From the IMG/VR virus record IMGVR_UViG_3300012346_000267, positions 1-55,952 of that record: a DNA stretch of 55,952 nucleotides; one strand, written 5' to 3'. Made by a program: the position numbers and the translations under genes. Under the pieces are notes generated by a model, which was given only the letters and a program-made list of their open reading frames with translations, did not search any database and was not told the origin of the DNA. Every line of letters begins with the position of its first letter. Position 1 is the stretch's first letter. The DNA comes from a virus. Its lineage: Duplodnaviria; Caudoviricetes. Positions 10,704 through 20,111 of the stretch are shown in pieces.

Positions 10704-11180
10704 ATGATTACATACAACATACTAACAATAGACCCAGGTATACATATTGGTTATGCTATATGGAAACAAAACAGGATTGAAAATAAAGTCCTGCACTATC
10801 CAGTAGCTTTTGGAGTGGTACAAGGTAAAGACGAAGAAAAAAGATTCGACAAATTTAAAAAGATAATCAGTCAGTATCCTATCTACAATGTATATATGGA
10901 AAATTCAGCACTAATGAAACATTCGGCTAAAGGAACAGTAACCGCCGAGAGTGGTGCTTTAGTAAAGTTATCTCAGACAATCGGAAGGATAGTTCAAATA
11001 TGTAAAGATCAAGGTATGAAGGTAGAATTAATACCAGTATCTAAGTGGAAAGGTACATTGCCTAAAGATGTATGTGAAAGAAGAATTAGAAGAGCATTGC
11101 CTGACCTATCGAAGGATATATCTAACCACGCTATTGATGCAATAGGAATCGGTCTTTACATAGGAGGAATACTAAAATGA
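10704..11180 (+). CDS. RuvC-like Holliday junction resolvase
   Basis: LTIDPG, VYME, PVSKWK and NHAIDAIGIG RNase H-fold motifs. Confidence 0.85.
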   Translation: MITYNILTIDPGIHIGYAIWKQNRIENKVLHYPVAFGVVQGKDEEKRFDKFKKIISQYPIYNVYMENSALMKHSAKGTVTAESGALVKLSQTIGRIVQICKDQGMKVELIPVSKWKGTLPKDVCERRIRRALPDLSKDISNHAIDAIGIGLYIGGILK

Positions 11181-11554
11181 ATAGTCATAACTATAAAGAG
11201 TATAAATACATACCTGAAAAGGATAGTGAAATAACTATACCAATGACAACACCAATAGGATTTATGCAGTGTCTATGTTCCAAAGAACTAAGAACCAAAA
11301 TTGATACTGTGACAAGTAAGTTTACTATTGCTTGCCCATACTGCGCAGAGTTTTATTATTTCGACGACGCAAATACATTGATTAAAAAGAACATGAATCT
11401 ACGAGCAGATGAATCATATACATACGACCATACACAGTATATTATTAACTTCGTTTTATTCTTTCAAAAGGAATTATCATTCTTTACATACAATGTAACT
11501 AAGGACGATACGAATGAAACATACACCATAAATATTATAAAGGTAATAAGATAA
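11177..11554 (+). CDS. Hypothetical protein, possible zinc ribbon
   Basis: CLC...CPYC; translationally coupled to both neighbours. Confidence 0.55.
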   Translation: MNSHNYKEYKYIPEKDSEITIPMTTPIGFMQCLCSKELRTKIDTVTSKFTIACPYCAEFYYFDDANTLIKKNMNLRADESYTYDHTQYIINFVLFFQKELSFFTYNVTKDDTNETYTINIIKVIR

Positions 11555-12528
11555 TGAAAGAAATTCCGGGAAAAGGTATACTAAAAGAATATGACCCTCG
11601 TATACATGGGGTCACTCAATCATTATTAGCCAAGTATCTAGCTTGTGAAAAGAAAGCTAGATACTATACACAAGGTTTAACCTCTACACATACTAGCGGT
11701 AAAGCATTGGTGTTCGGTAGTGTATTCCATGAGTTTCAAGACTTAGTATTGAATGTAATTAAATCTGGTCAAGTTGGTAACCATGTAGAGATAGAACTGT
11801 ATGTTAATAACCCCAGTACTCAGGAATACATGCAATCAAAATTCCCACCTAAAGATGAAGATACAATGTTCGCAATACATTTTAATACTCTATTATGTGT
11901 AGAGTACTTTAAGTACTGGAATGAAAAGTACTTCGGAGAAAATAAATTTGAAATCGTAGGAGTTGAAAATTCATTTGATATAGTTCTCCCTTCAGGAATA
12001 CGGTTGCGAGGTAAAATGGATGGTATACTGTCTAAAGATTCAGAGTACTATCTACTAGAACATAAAACTAAATCTAGGATGGATACTGAGACTATACAAA
12101 AAACATTAAAGATTAATATACAATGCTTGGTATACATCATTGCATGCTACCAACAAACTGGATTAATAATAACAAAGATTGCTTATGATGTAATTAGAAA
12201 ACCTGGAATAAGAAAAAAGAATGGCGAAAACTATATAGCTTTTTCTAATAGATGTATAGCTGAGGTTAAAGTGCAACCTGATTACTACTTTAAAATGTTT
12301 TATCAGGATATATCTATAGAAAGTATAGATACATTCTACACTCAATTGGATGTATTGTTAGAGAGGTATTTAAAATGGAGTTTACAACATCCTGAAATGG
12401 ATTTAAAGAATACCCATACATGCTCAAACATGTTTGGTACATGTGAGTATTTGGACTATTGTACATCTAATGAAAGAGACCACTATACATTAGATATTAA
12501 TGACGATTTATTTAGGGAGTTAATCTAA
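11554..12528 (+). CDS. PD-(D/E)XK Cas4/RecB-like exonuclease
   Basis: GSVFH, VE...LRGKMD...LLEHKT, QCLVY, plus N- and C-terminal cysteines (C...CSNMFGTCEYLDYC) for an Fe-S cluster. Confidence 0.85.
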   Translation: MKEIPGKGILKEYDPRIHGVTQSLLAKYLACEKKARYYTQGLTSTHTSGKALVFGSVFHEFQDLVLNVIKSGQVGNHVEIELYVNNPSTQEYMQSKFPPKDEDTMFAIHFNTLLCVEYFKYWNEKYFGENKFEIVGVENSFDIVLPSGIRLRGKMDGILSKDSEYYLLEHKTKSRMDTETIQKTLKINIQCLVYIIACYQQTGLIITKIAYDVIRKPGIRKKNGENYIAFSNRCIAEVKVQPDYYFKMFYQDISIESIDTFYTQLDVLLERYLKWSLQHPEMDLKNTHTCSNMFGTCEYLDYCTSNERDHYTLDINDDLFRELI

Positions 12529-12704
12529 TGTTATTTGATATGTATGTATGCTGTAGTTGCGGAGCAAACTTTGTTGTAAGAAAGAACTCCTATATATCTA
12601 CCTTTAATTGTAAGGAATGTCACATCACGGTAGATATATGTGAGTGCAAAAAGATACCTATTGAAAGAACCAAAAACAAAAAACAAGGAGAAGACAATGC
12701 TTAA
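12528..12704 (+). CDS. Small zinc-ribbon protein (58 aa), below the ORF-track cutoff
   Basis: MLFDMYVCCSCGANFVVRKNSYISTFNCKECHITVDICECKK...; TAATG-coupled to the upstream gene and fills the gap. Confidence 0.6.
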   Translation: MLFDMYVCCSCGANFVVRKNSYISTFNCKECHITVDICECKKIPIERTKNKKQGEDNA

Positions 12705-13506
12705 ATTCACACCACTAAACTTAACCTTGCCAACTGAGAAATCAGTTCCAGTGACAGATATATCGAAGTTCTCTGTCTTTGTGTACGGCAAGCAAGGTAT
12801 AGGAAAAACTTCCTTTACTGCCCAGTTTCCAGACGCTATACATCTAATGTTTGAACCCGGCGGTAAGACAGAGCAGATGTATCAAGTATTTCCAGAGAAC
12901 TGGGAGCAGGTTGTAGAGTATACAAGACTTATTAAAGCTACTAATCAATACAAGAACATTGTCATTGATACAATTGATTTAATGTTTGACATGTGTTGCG
13001 AGCAAGTATGTAAAGATAATGGAGTAAAGATGCTAAAAGATATTGGCTTCGGTGATGGATACAATCAAGCTGGCACAAAGTTTAGGGATGTATTGACTGA
13101 CTTACATTCCAACAAAGGTCTTATTATGTTAGCACATGACAAAGAAAAAATGAAGACAGACGACAGTGAACCTACATACATTGTTCCTTCCACTGCCAAG
13201 CGAGGTGCAGAGACAGTAGCTAAATGGGTAGACCTTACATGTCACTATTATATAGACCGCCAAGGTCGCAGACAATTAAGAGTAAGAACCAGTGTAGACA
13301 GAGAAGCAAAGAACAGAATCAAAGGTCGCTTCATGTATACTAATGGTACTCCTATGAATGATATATACATGGGAACAAATGAGTTTGAAGCATACGCTAA
13401 CTTTATGAAGGCTTTTAATAATAGCCTTGATGCCGAATCTGTAAAACCAACAGAACCACAGAAACAAGAAACAAAAAAACAATTCACATTAAGAAAGGAA
13501 TCCTAG
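12697..13506 (+). CDS. Sak4-like (AAA_24) ATPase / single-strand annealing protein
   Basis: GKQGIGKTS Walker A, IVIDTID Walker B, LAH and EAKNR motifs; AAGGAG RBS before ATG 12697. Confidence 0.85.
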   Translation: MLKFTPLNLTLPTEKSVPVTDISKFSVFVYGKQGIGKTSFTAQFPDAIHLMFEPGGKTEQMYQVFPENWEQVVEYTRLIKATNQYKNIVIDTIDLMFDMCCEQVCKDNGVKMLKDIGFGDGYNQAGTKFRDVLTDLHSNKGLIMLAHDKEKMKTDDSEPTYIVPSTAKRGAETVAKWVDLTCHYYIDRQGRRQLRVRTSVDREAKNRIKGRFMYTNGTPMNDIYMGTNEFEAYANFMKAFNNSLDAESVKPTEPQKQETKKQFTLRKES

Positions 13507-13507
13507 T

Positions 13508-14140
13508 ATGGAACAGGATTTTAAAACACTCATGGCTCAGGCCAAAAAAGACGCAGAAAAAGGTGGAGGTACATTCAAAGAACTTGAATGTGGTTCCTAT
13601 GTATGCCGACTGACAAAGGCGTTTGTCAACAAATCAAAAGCTGGTAAACTTCAGGTCAATATCGACATGGAAGTAATACAAGGTGAATGTATCGGTGCAA
13701 CACATCGAGTATTCAGAAGCCTTGAACATAGTGTAGCTCGCTCTATACTATTCTCAGAAATGTCAAAAATGGAATTAGACCTTTCTGTATGTGAGACTCC
13801 AGAAGAGTTAGAGACTATGCTAACAAGTCTCACTGATAGTGGGCCGGTTGTATCTATCATTATATTTGAATCAAAGGGGTATCGAAATACTAAGATCGAA
13901 GAGTTCTTAGGATACGAAGATACACCTACTCCACCAGCACCTACGCCTGCCCCTACACCAGAGCCAGAGCCAGTACCTCAAGAGGATGGATTTGAAATCA
14001 AGATAGGTGCAAAGGTCAAGTATACATACAATGGAGTAGAAAAGGTTGGAACAGTGTTCGCTATACATGAAGCCACTGAGACAGTTGATTTTGCTTTTGC
14101 AAAAGGTGTAAAGCTGGAAGACATTATCGGGCCAGCATAG
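13508..14140 (+). CDS. Putative ssDNA-binding protein (DUF669-like) with Pro-rich linker and small C-terminal beta domain
   Basis: GSYVCRLTKAFVNKSKAGK OB-fold-type N-terminus; follows Sak4 as in the usual Cas4-Sak4-SSB module. Confidence 0.65.
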   Translation: MEQDFKTLMAQAKKDAEKGGGTFKELECGSYVCRLTKAFVNKSKAGKLQVNIDMEVIQGECIGATHRVFRSLEHSVARSILFSEMSKMELDLSVCETPEELETMLTSLTDSGPVVSIIIFESKGYRNTKIEEFLGYEDTPTPPAPTPAPTPEPEPVPQEDGFEIKIGAKVKYTYNGVEKVGTVFAIHEATETVDFAFAKGVKLEDIIGPA

Positions 14141-14147
14141 TTAACAT

Positions 14148-14177
14148 GTATAGGGTGTACATGAGTATACCCTATAC
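14148..14177 (+). other. 13-bp RNA hairpin between ssb and polA
   Basis: GTATAGGGTGTAC-ATGA-GTATACCCTATAC (one G-U pair); no U-tract, so it may be a processing or stability element. Confidence 0.55.
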
Positions 14178-14209
14178 TCTACAAAAACAATTAACACAAA
14201 GAAAAAACA

Positions 14210-16009
14210 ATGATACTAGCAGTAGATACTGAAACAACTGGATTAAATTGGTTCCATGGTGATAGACCTTATCTTATCTCATATACTAGAGAAGAAATGG
14301 TAACTGATTATATACAAGGATTTGTTAATCCATTCACTAGGGCAGTGACATGGAATGCCGTTGATTTAATAAACTTTCAGCAATTGCTAGACAGTTGCAC
14401 TATTATAATATTTCATAATGCTTCATTCGATATACACATGTTGGAAACCATAGGTATAAAGATTAATAAACCATATATAGATACATTGGTATTCACTCAC
14501 TTAGTTAATAACTCATATATGGAGTACGGACTAAAACCTTTAACTAAAAAGTTATTAGGTATGCCAACACAAGACCAAAAGGATTTAAGTGATTCTACTA
14601 AAGAAGCTAGAAGAAAAGGAAAGAAGTTAGGCTATAAATTAGCCGAGGATGTAGAGGCCGACTACTGGTTAGCTGACCCTGAATTAGTTGTTGAGTATGC
14701 TTGTCAGGATACTGAAAGAACCATGAATCTTTATAAGTATTTAGAAATATGTTGCAAGAAAAGAGACAATGTATGGGAGCTATTAGAAATTGAAATGGCA
14801 TGTACTGAAGCACTAATCAGTATGGAAAGAGTAGGTATATCTATTGATTTGCAAAAAGCAAAAGACTTGGAACAGTACTACGAAACACTAATAGCAATAT
14901 CAGAACATAAAAAAGCAAAGTTAGGATTTGCTTCATTAAATACTAACTCTCCTAAACAAATGATGGATGTATTCTATAATAAGTTAGGAGCAAAGGTACA
15001 CTACGCACAAAGAAAACGGGATGGGGTAAGAATTAAAACGCCATCTATGGATAAGCATGTATTGGCTAAGTTGGCCCCTACATACGAACTGGCGGATGTG
15101 ATTGTAAAAATGAATAGCTATAAGAATGAATTAAATACATTCATTAAACCTTTACAAGTGCTATGTGATGAGCGAGGGGTGGTACATCCTAGCTACCGGC
15201 AAGTAGGAGCCACTACTGGACGGCTATCATGTACTAACCCCAACCTTCAGAATATTAGCAATGTATCTGAGGATAAAAAAGCTAGAGAACTATTCGTGCC
15301 TAGAGCAGGATGTATACTATACTTTCCAGATTACTCACAAATCGAAGTATGGATTGCAGCCTTTACAAGTGGTGATGAAGTAATGAAAAACTACTTATTA
15401 AATGGCCATGACTTACATGGCGAATTAAATAACCAATTCTTTGGAGGAAAGCCAGACTTTAATGAAAATAAAGGTATGTATAGAAAGAAGATCAAAGGAC
15501 TTACCTTTGCTACTATATACGGAGCTGGTGCGAATCAATTATCTGAAATGGGATTAGGACTTAGTGTTGATGAAGGTAAAGACTTTATTAGTAAATTTTA
15601 CACCAAGTATAGTGGGCTGGATAACTACAAAAAGAATCTTATATATGCAGCGGATCAATTAGGATTCATAGAAGATAACTTTGGTCGTCGATACTACATT
15701 GATGAAGGGTTCGCTTTTAAATCTTTGAATTATATGATTCAAGGTTCCGCTTCAGGAGTTATGAAAAGAGCAATTATAAATGTGCATAACTATTGCAAGA
15801 AAATAAAAGGTGCTAACTTGTTATTAACTATCCACGATGAGCTATGTATTGAAATGCCGATGAATGAACATTGTATCGACACTATGAAAGATATTGTAGA
15901 ATGTATGCAAGGTAACTTTCACACATACTTTAATATGCCGAAGCCTTTCGATGTATCAATGGCGGTCACTGAAACTAATTGGGCAGAAAAGAAAGAGGTT
16001 GCACTATGA
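14210..16009 (+). CDS. polA: DNA polymerase, family A, with 3'-5' exonuclease
   Basis: Exo motifs VDTETTG, FHNASFD, YACQD; TTGRLSCTNPNLQNI; motif A DYSQIE, motif B KGLTFATIYG (Phe at the 762-equivalent position), motif C TIHDE. Confidence 0.95.
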   Translation: MILAVDTETTGLNWFHGDRPYLISYTREEMVTDYIQGFVNPFTRAVTWNAVDLINFQQLLDSCTIIIFHNASFDIHMLETIGIKINKPYIDTLVFTHLVNNSYMEYGLKPLTKKLLGMPTQDQKDLSDSTKEARRKGKKLGYKLAEDVEADYWLADPELVVEYACQDTERTMNLYKYLEICCKKRDNVWELLEIEMACTEALISMERVGISIDLQKAKDLEQYYETLIAISEHKKAKLGFASLNTNSPKQMMDVFYNKLGAKVHYAQRKRDGVRIKTPSMDKHVLAKLAPTYELADVIVKMNSYKNELNTFIKPLQVLCDERGVVHPSYRQVGATTGRLSCTNPNLQNISNVSEDKKARELFVPRAGCILYFPDYSQIEVWIAAFTSGDEVMKNYLLNGHDLHGELNNQFFGGKPDFNENKGMYRKKIKGLTFATIYGAGANQLSEMGLGLSVDEGKDFISKFYTKYSGLDNYKKNLIYAADQLGFIEDNFGRRYYIDEGFAFKSLNYMIQGSASGVMKRAIINVHNYCKKIKGANLLLTIHDELCIEMPMNEHCIDTMKDIVECMQGNFHTYFNMPKPFDVSMAVTETNWAEKKEVAL

Positions 16010-16551
16010 GAAAAAAATTTAATATAATAAGAGTCCAAACTAATACTCCAGTAGTCGTAGATACTGAAGAAGAAAGGATACTAAAAGAAAAGATTGCTTC
16101 TATACAAGCAAAGCTAAAAGCAATAGATGAAGAGCCAGTACATGTGAATACCGCTGAAGATGAAAAGCAATGTCCCAAGCCTTTAGTAACTATACAAAAA
16201 AAGGTTCCGCCTAACCCTACTAATAATAAACTATACAAGACAGGAAACTATGAAAAGAAATCTGGTGAGTATATACCTAAGGCAGTATGGGAAAGAGAAA
16301 TCTTTAAGATAATGGAGACTAGAGTAGGTGGGGAAGTTTGTCCAGTACCGGAATCGGACAGGATTGATGTACATGGTGACGATTACAGAATGGTTATAAT
16401 GCAATTGTATGGAGGTGAATTTGAAATTACATTATATGTGAAGCATGGTATCTTTGTTAATACTACTCAATTAATTATTAATTGGATACCTATGGATAAG
16501 CTGGCAGTGGCTATACATAACTTATTAAATATCTATAAACAATTTAAGTAA
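16006..16551 (+). CDS. Hypothetical protein
   Basis: ATGA overlap with the polA stop; open for 181 codons. Confidence 0.6.
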   Translation: MRKKFNIIRVQTNTPVVVDTEEERILKEKIASIQAKLKAIDEEPVHVNTAEDEKQCPKPLVTIQKKVPPNPTNNKLYKTGNYEKKSGEYIPKAVWEREIFKIMETRVGGEVCPVPESDRIDVHGDDYRMVIMQLYGGEFEITLYVKHGIFVNTTQLIINWIPMDKLAVAIHNLLNIYKQFK

Positions 16552-16572
16552 AGAAAGAAAAGGAGCGTATAC

Positions 16573-16794
16573 ATGGCTTTCATAACAGCAGGCGGATTAG
16601 CTAACCAGATTAGAAAAGAATGTGGTATAGCTATATGCGAAGAGAATGATGGTAAAACCGTATTCAGTAAGGAAGAGTTATTGTTAGTAATTGCTTCATT
16701 CACTATGCGAAGGAGACAAGCAGAGGAGAATCTAGTAAAGGAAACAATAAAGCAAACCATACATGAGATGCAGGTTATCAATGGCGGAAATTGA
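16573..16794 (+). CDS. Hypothetical protein
   Basis: AAGGAG RBS; 73 aa. Confidence 0.6.
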   Translation: MAFITAGGLANQIRKECGIAICEENDGKTVFSKEELLLVIASFTMRRRQAEENLVKETIKQTIHEMQVINGGN

Positions 16795-18823
16795 TTACAT
16801 CGGTACATGGGAGTCTTTAGGCTTCGAGTTTAAACGGCATGAGAAAGAGTGTATTACATATAATCCCTTCGATGGTGGGGATAAGAAGATGTATGTCAAT
16901 GCCGAAACTGGTTTGTGGATAGCGTATGGGGTATCTTCACTAAGTGGTAATATGTATACATTCATCGAAATGTATTACGAACACTGCTTAAAGAATACTG
17001 GTATATCTAACTTAACTCCTTTAGCGGACGAAAAAAAGTTGCCAGTACAGGCCTTCTCAGGACAAGTGGCCTATAATAAACTAAACAATACATACCTTAT
17101 TGCCTTCAGAGAATTTGATGGAAAAATAAGAGGTATGCAAAGCTATGTGATCGGTGGGAAGTGTAAGAATGTAAAGGGACTGCAAACTGGTTTGTGGGGT
17201 GCAGAAAAACTAAAAGATAATAAGACTTCTCCAGTATGGGTATGCGAAGGTATATGGGATGCCCTAGCTATGCAGTGGCTTTGTAAGAGTACTGAAGAGG
17301 ATGCTTTAATTACTGCTATACAAGGTGGAAACCCATTTGGATTTAAAGAAGCCTTTGTACCTTTCTTAAATCGTAGGACTGTATATATATGGTATGATAA
17401 TGATAGAGCTGGTTTTGATGGTGAAGAAAAAGTATTCTCTCTACTACATAGGGTAGCAGAACAATTATTATTTGTTAGCTGGCCTGAGATACTAAGAGAA
17501 AAATATGATGTGAGGGACTTCTTAGTAGAGAATGGTGGGTTTCCCGGCTATCCTAAATTAGCTTTGAAAAAAGTAGTCGATACATTGAAGGGATTACTTA
17601 ATAGACAAACTAAGTACCAAAGAACCAGAGACCTAAATAAAGAGCATATACCTGAAGGTGACCTTGCAGTACCTCAGAGACAAGAGGTCGAAGACCTATT
17701 TAATAAATGGTTAAAAATGACAGATAGTGATGCCCTAGCAATTATGTTTGGAACTATATTTGCGAACCGTATATCGACCAGAGACCCTATATGGATGTTT
17801 ATGGTGACCCCTCCAGCAGGTATGAAGACCGAGCTTATATCGAAGCTATGTAAGTCTCCGAGGATTACATCGGTCAACAAACTAACTCCAGCCGGTCTTA
17901 TTAGTAGTTCAGTAATGCGAAACGGTGAAGACCCATCACTACTGAAGGCCTCAGATAAAAAAACTTTAGTGATTACTGACTTCACTACATTGATTGAAGG
18001 CAACCGTATTGTTAGGGATGAAGTGTTCTCTATACTGAGGGATGCCTATGACGGTAAAGTGGAAAAGCAATTTGCTAAATTTAAAAAAGTTATTGAAAGT
18101 AACTTCGGTATATTGGCCGCAGTGACACCTATCATAGATAGTTCCTCAAGTATTAATAGTGCATTAGGTGAAAGATTCCTAAGGTATAGAATCGAAAAAG
18201 ATTTAACACCTTTCGATGAAGAGGCAAGAATGATTAAGGCCATTGGCAATATAGGTGACGAGGGCCAGATGGGAGATGAATTGTTCGATATATGTTATAG
18301 ATACTTAGAGAAAAAAATGCCCGATGTACCTCCTAAACTTAACAAGGATAGATTGATTGAATTAATAAGTACCGCAAAGTTTACTGCTATGCTAAGGGCA
18401 CATCTAATCGAGGACGCACTATTCGGAGAAACACAAGTAATGCCATTCTCAGAATTTGGAACTAGACTAGCAAAACAATTTGTAAAGCTGGCCATGGGAC
18501 TATCTATATACTTTGACCAGTATGATGAAATTAGTGGAGAGGCTTTGAGACTAACTAAAGAAGTTGCTCTCGATACATGTCCTCAGATTACACTAGAAAT
18601 GGTTCGCAGTGTATATATACTGAACAAAGAAAACGGTAAATGTACATGTAATGATGTATCGGAAAAATTAGGTCTATCGAATACAACCATCACTAGGAGA
18701 GCTGGAAGGCTTACTCAATTGAATATTTTTAAAAGAATAAACGACGGATTTGGCAAAAAACAATACTACCAGCTATCCGAAACAGTGGAAAATTTAGTCG
18801 AAAAAGCGGTACTATTTAAGTAA
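16781..18823 (+). CDS. Primase-helicase (TOPRIM + AAA-like + C-terminal winged HTH)
   Basis: VWVCEGIWDALA and WYDNDRAG TOPRIM motifs; TPPAGMKT Walker-A-like and LVITDFTT Walker-B-like motifs; ERFLRYR arginine finger; C-terminal HTH (VSEKLGLSNTTITRR). Confidence 0.8.
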   Translation: MAEIDYIGTWESLGFEFKRHEKECITYNPFDGGDKKMYVNAETGLWIAYGVSSLSGNMYTFIEMYYEHCLKNTGISNLTPLADEKKLPVQAFSGQVAYNKLNNTYLIAFREFDGKIRGMQSYVIGGKCKNVKGLQTGLWGAEKLKDNKTSPVWVCEGIWDALAMQWLCKSTEEDALITAIQGGNPFGFKEAFVPFLNRRTVYIWYDNDRAGFDGEEKVFSLLHRVAEQLLFVSWPEILREKYDVRDFLVENGGFPGYPKLALKKVVDTLKGLLNRQTKYQRTRDLNKEHIPEGDLAVPQRQEVEDLFNKWLKMTDSDALAIMFGTIFANRISTRDPIWMFMVTPPAGMKTELISKLCKSPRITSVNKLTPAGLISSSVMRNGEDPSLLKASDKKTLVITDFTTLIEGNRIVRDEVFSILRDAYDGKVEKQFAKFKKVIESNFGILAAVTPIIDSSSSINSALGERFLRYRIEKDLTPFDEEARMIKAIGNIGDEGQMGDELFDICYRYLEKKMPDVPPKLNKDRLIELISTAKFTAMLRAHLIEDALFGETQVMPFSEFGTRLAKQFVKLAMGLSIYFDQYDEISGEALRLTKEVALDTCPQITLEMVRSVYILNKENGKCTCNDVSEKLGLSNTTITRRAGRLTQLNIFKRINDGFGKKQYYQLSETVENLVEKAVLFK

Positions 18824-18840
18824 AGAAATGTCAAGTAATT

Positions 18841-18984
18841 TAAAATTTAAGCTATTTTTTAAAAAGTAGCTTAAATTTTAAGTACTAAAATTTGAGTTTT
18901 TTGAGGTTTTATAGCTAAATTTGGGTTTATTTAGGCAATTATTTTTACTTTTTTATAAAAAAAATCACTTTTTTATAAAAAAGT
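18841..18984. promoter_or_regulatory. Palindrome cluster (candidate operators or replication origin)
   Basis: TAAAATTTAAGCTA...TAGCTTAAATTTTA inverted repeat at 18841-18880; two ACTTTTTTATAAAAAA copies at 18947 and 18967. Confidence 0.5.
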
Positions 18985-19021
18985 ATGTATTTTTAGTCTC
19001 TACTTAATTAGAGAGTAGTTA

Positions 19022-19070
19022 AACAAGTAACAAGTAACAAGTAACAAGTAACAAGTAACAAGTAACAAAG
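19022..19070 (+). repeat. Heptamer tandem repeat (AACAAGT)x6 plus AACAAAG
   Basis: Directly visible; abuts the first hammerhead. Confidence 0.95.
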
Positions 19071-19132
19071 TCTAATTGATAAGGATTTAATATCCGAAAC
19101 TATACATCTATTAAGTATGTATAGTCTTAGAC
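19070..19132 (+). ncRNA. Type I hammerhead ribozyme 1 (U3-A8 core variant); predicted cleavage after C19126
   Basis: Stem I GTCTAA/TTAGAC; core TTGATAA; stem II GGAT-TTAAT-ATCC; GAAA; stem III CTATACAT/ATGTATAG; GTC triplet. Confidence 0.88.
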
Positions 19133-19170
19133 AGTGCAATGTCGCACATCTAAAAACAAAGGAGTCATTT

Positions 19171-19563
19171 ATGACACAAGTACAAACCACCCCAGCCGTT
19201 GAACTAACATACACCGATGGCGTATTAAATTGGCGCAAGGGCAATACATACCTACCTGACCTGACCAAGGAAGATTTCTTGGTACATGGCAATGGTGTAG
19301 AAAAGTATGAAAGCAAAGAGCAATTCAATGCAATCAAAAAGCAATTCTATACATATATGGCCATGTTTAAAACAGACCGAGCAATCAAGTTTAAAACTAT
19401 GGCCGATGAACTATTTTCAGCAAGTGCCGAGTATACCAAGAAAGCTAACAACATTGGCAAGGAACTATCTCCAGAGGAAGTACTGGCCGAGAAAAAAGCC
19501 AAACTACTCAAGCAATTGGAAGCCCTTAACGCAACAGCTGAAGCCCAAGGTATTGAAATTTAG
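19171..19563 (+). CDS. Hypothetical protein lying between hammerheads 1 and 2
   Basis: AAAGGAG RBS before ATG 19171; C-terminal coiled coil. Confidence 0.8.
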   Translation: MTQVQTTPAVELTYTDGVLNWRKGNTYLPDLTKEDFLVHGNGVEKYESKEQFNAIKKQFYTYMAMFKTDRAIKFKTMADELFSASAEYTKKANNIGKELSPEEVLAEKKAKLLKQLEALNATAEAQGIEI

Positions 19564-19571
19564 TTTGCCAC

Positions 19572-19611
19572 TATACATGTATGCCTTCACCAGGTATACA
19601 TGTATATTTTT
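19572..19611 (+). terminator. Intrinsic terminator-like hairpin
   Basis: TATACATGTATGCCT / AGGTATACATGTATA 15-bp stem (one G-U pair) followed by TTTTT. Confidence 0.55.
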
Positions 19612-19614
19612 AAA

Positions 19615-19671
19615 GTCTAACTGAAGAGGATTTAATATCCGAAACAGGTATGCTATATACATGTATTAGAC
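19615..19671 (+). ncRNA. Type I hammerhead ribozyme 2 (canonical C3-G8 core); predicted cleavage after A19665
   Basis: Stem I GTCTAA/TTAGAC; core CTGAAGA; stem II GGAT-TTAAT-ATCC; GAAA; stem III CAgGTATG/TATACaTG with one mismatch; GTA triplet. Confidence 0.88.
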
Positions 19672-19695
19672 ACAACAAAAAACAAAGGACAAAAA

Positions 19696-20037
19696 ATGAA
19701 ATACACCCACAAAGAAATAGTGGCATTATTCGACAATGCACAAGAGGATTTTAGAAATAGTATTCAAGCCATTGGCGAGGCTAATAGTGAAATACGCTCC
19801 GCAGAACTATTGGTAGAGCGTACACTAAAACAAATTGAGAACCGCAAAGTTAAGCTCCAGATACTTTCAGAGAAAGCGAACCACGCCAAGGAGCGTATTG
19901 CCCAATTTACCCCATACATAGGCGAAAGCAGAGTACTAGTGAGAGAGGAAGCCCGTATACTAGCTAAGATAACTGAATTAGATACCGCCCTAGCAAAAAG
20001 GCGCAAGGTATACAAAGACTGGAAGGAGCTGGTATGA
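19696..20037 (+). CDS. Hypothetical coiled-coil protein lying between hammerheads 2 and 3
   Basis: AAAGGA RBS; 113 aa, all-helical composition. Confidence 0.75.
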   Translation: MKYTHKEIVALFDNAQEDFRNSIQAIGEANSEIRSAELLVERTLKQIENRKVKLQILSEKANHAKERIAQFTPYIGESRVLVREEARILAKITELDTALAKRRKVYKDWKELV

Positions 20038-20111
20038 TTATATACAACATTGCTTTAATAGTAATACTGGGCTTTTTGCTTAAAGATGTACTAAGCAATA
20101 CCAAAGTCTAA
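20034..20111 (+). CDS. 25-aa hydrophobic peptide MIIYNIALIVILGFLLKDVLSNTKV
   Basis: AAGGAG RBS; ATGA overlap with the upstream stop; its own stop codon lies in stem I of hammerhead 3. Confidence 0.55.
   Translation: MIIYNIALIVILGFLLKDVLSNTKV

Noticed and set aside
11554-12528. Cas4-like nuclease as evidence of a CRISPR-Cas system
   Set aside because: No array or other cas genes; it sits in the common phage Cas4-like/Sak4/SSB recombination module
19117-19170. ORF-track start at 19117, and the overlapping ORFs 19008..19337 (-) and 19307..19624 (+)
   Set aside because: ATG 19117 lies in hammerhead stem III upstream of the cleavage site, while the RBS supports 19171; the other two are shadow frames
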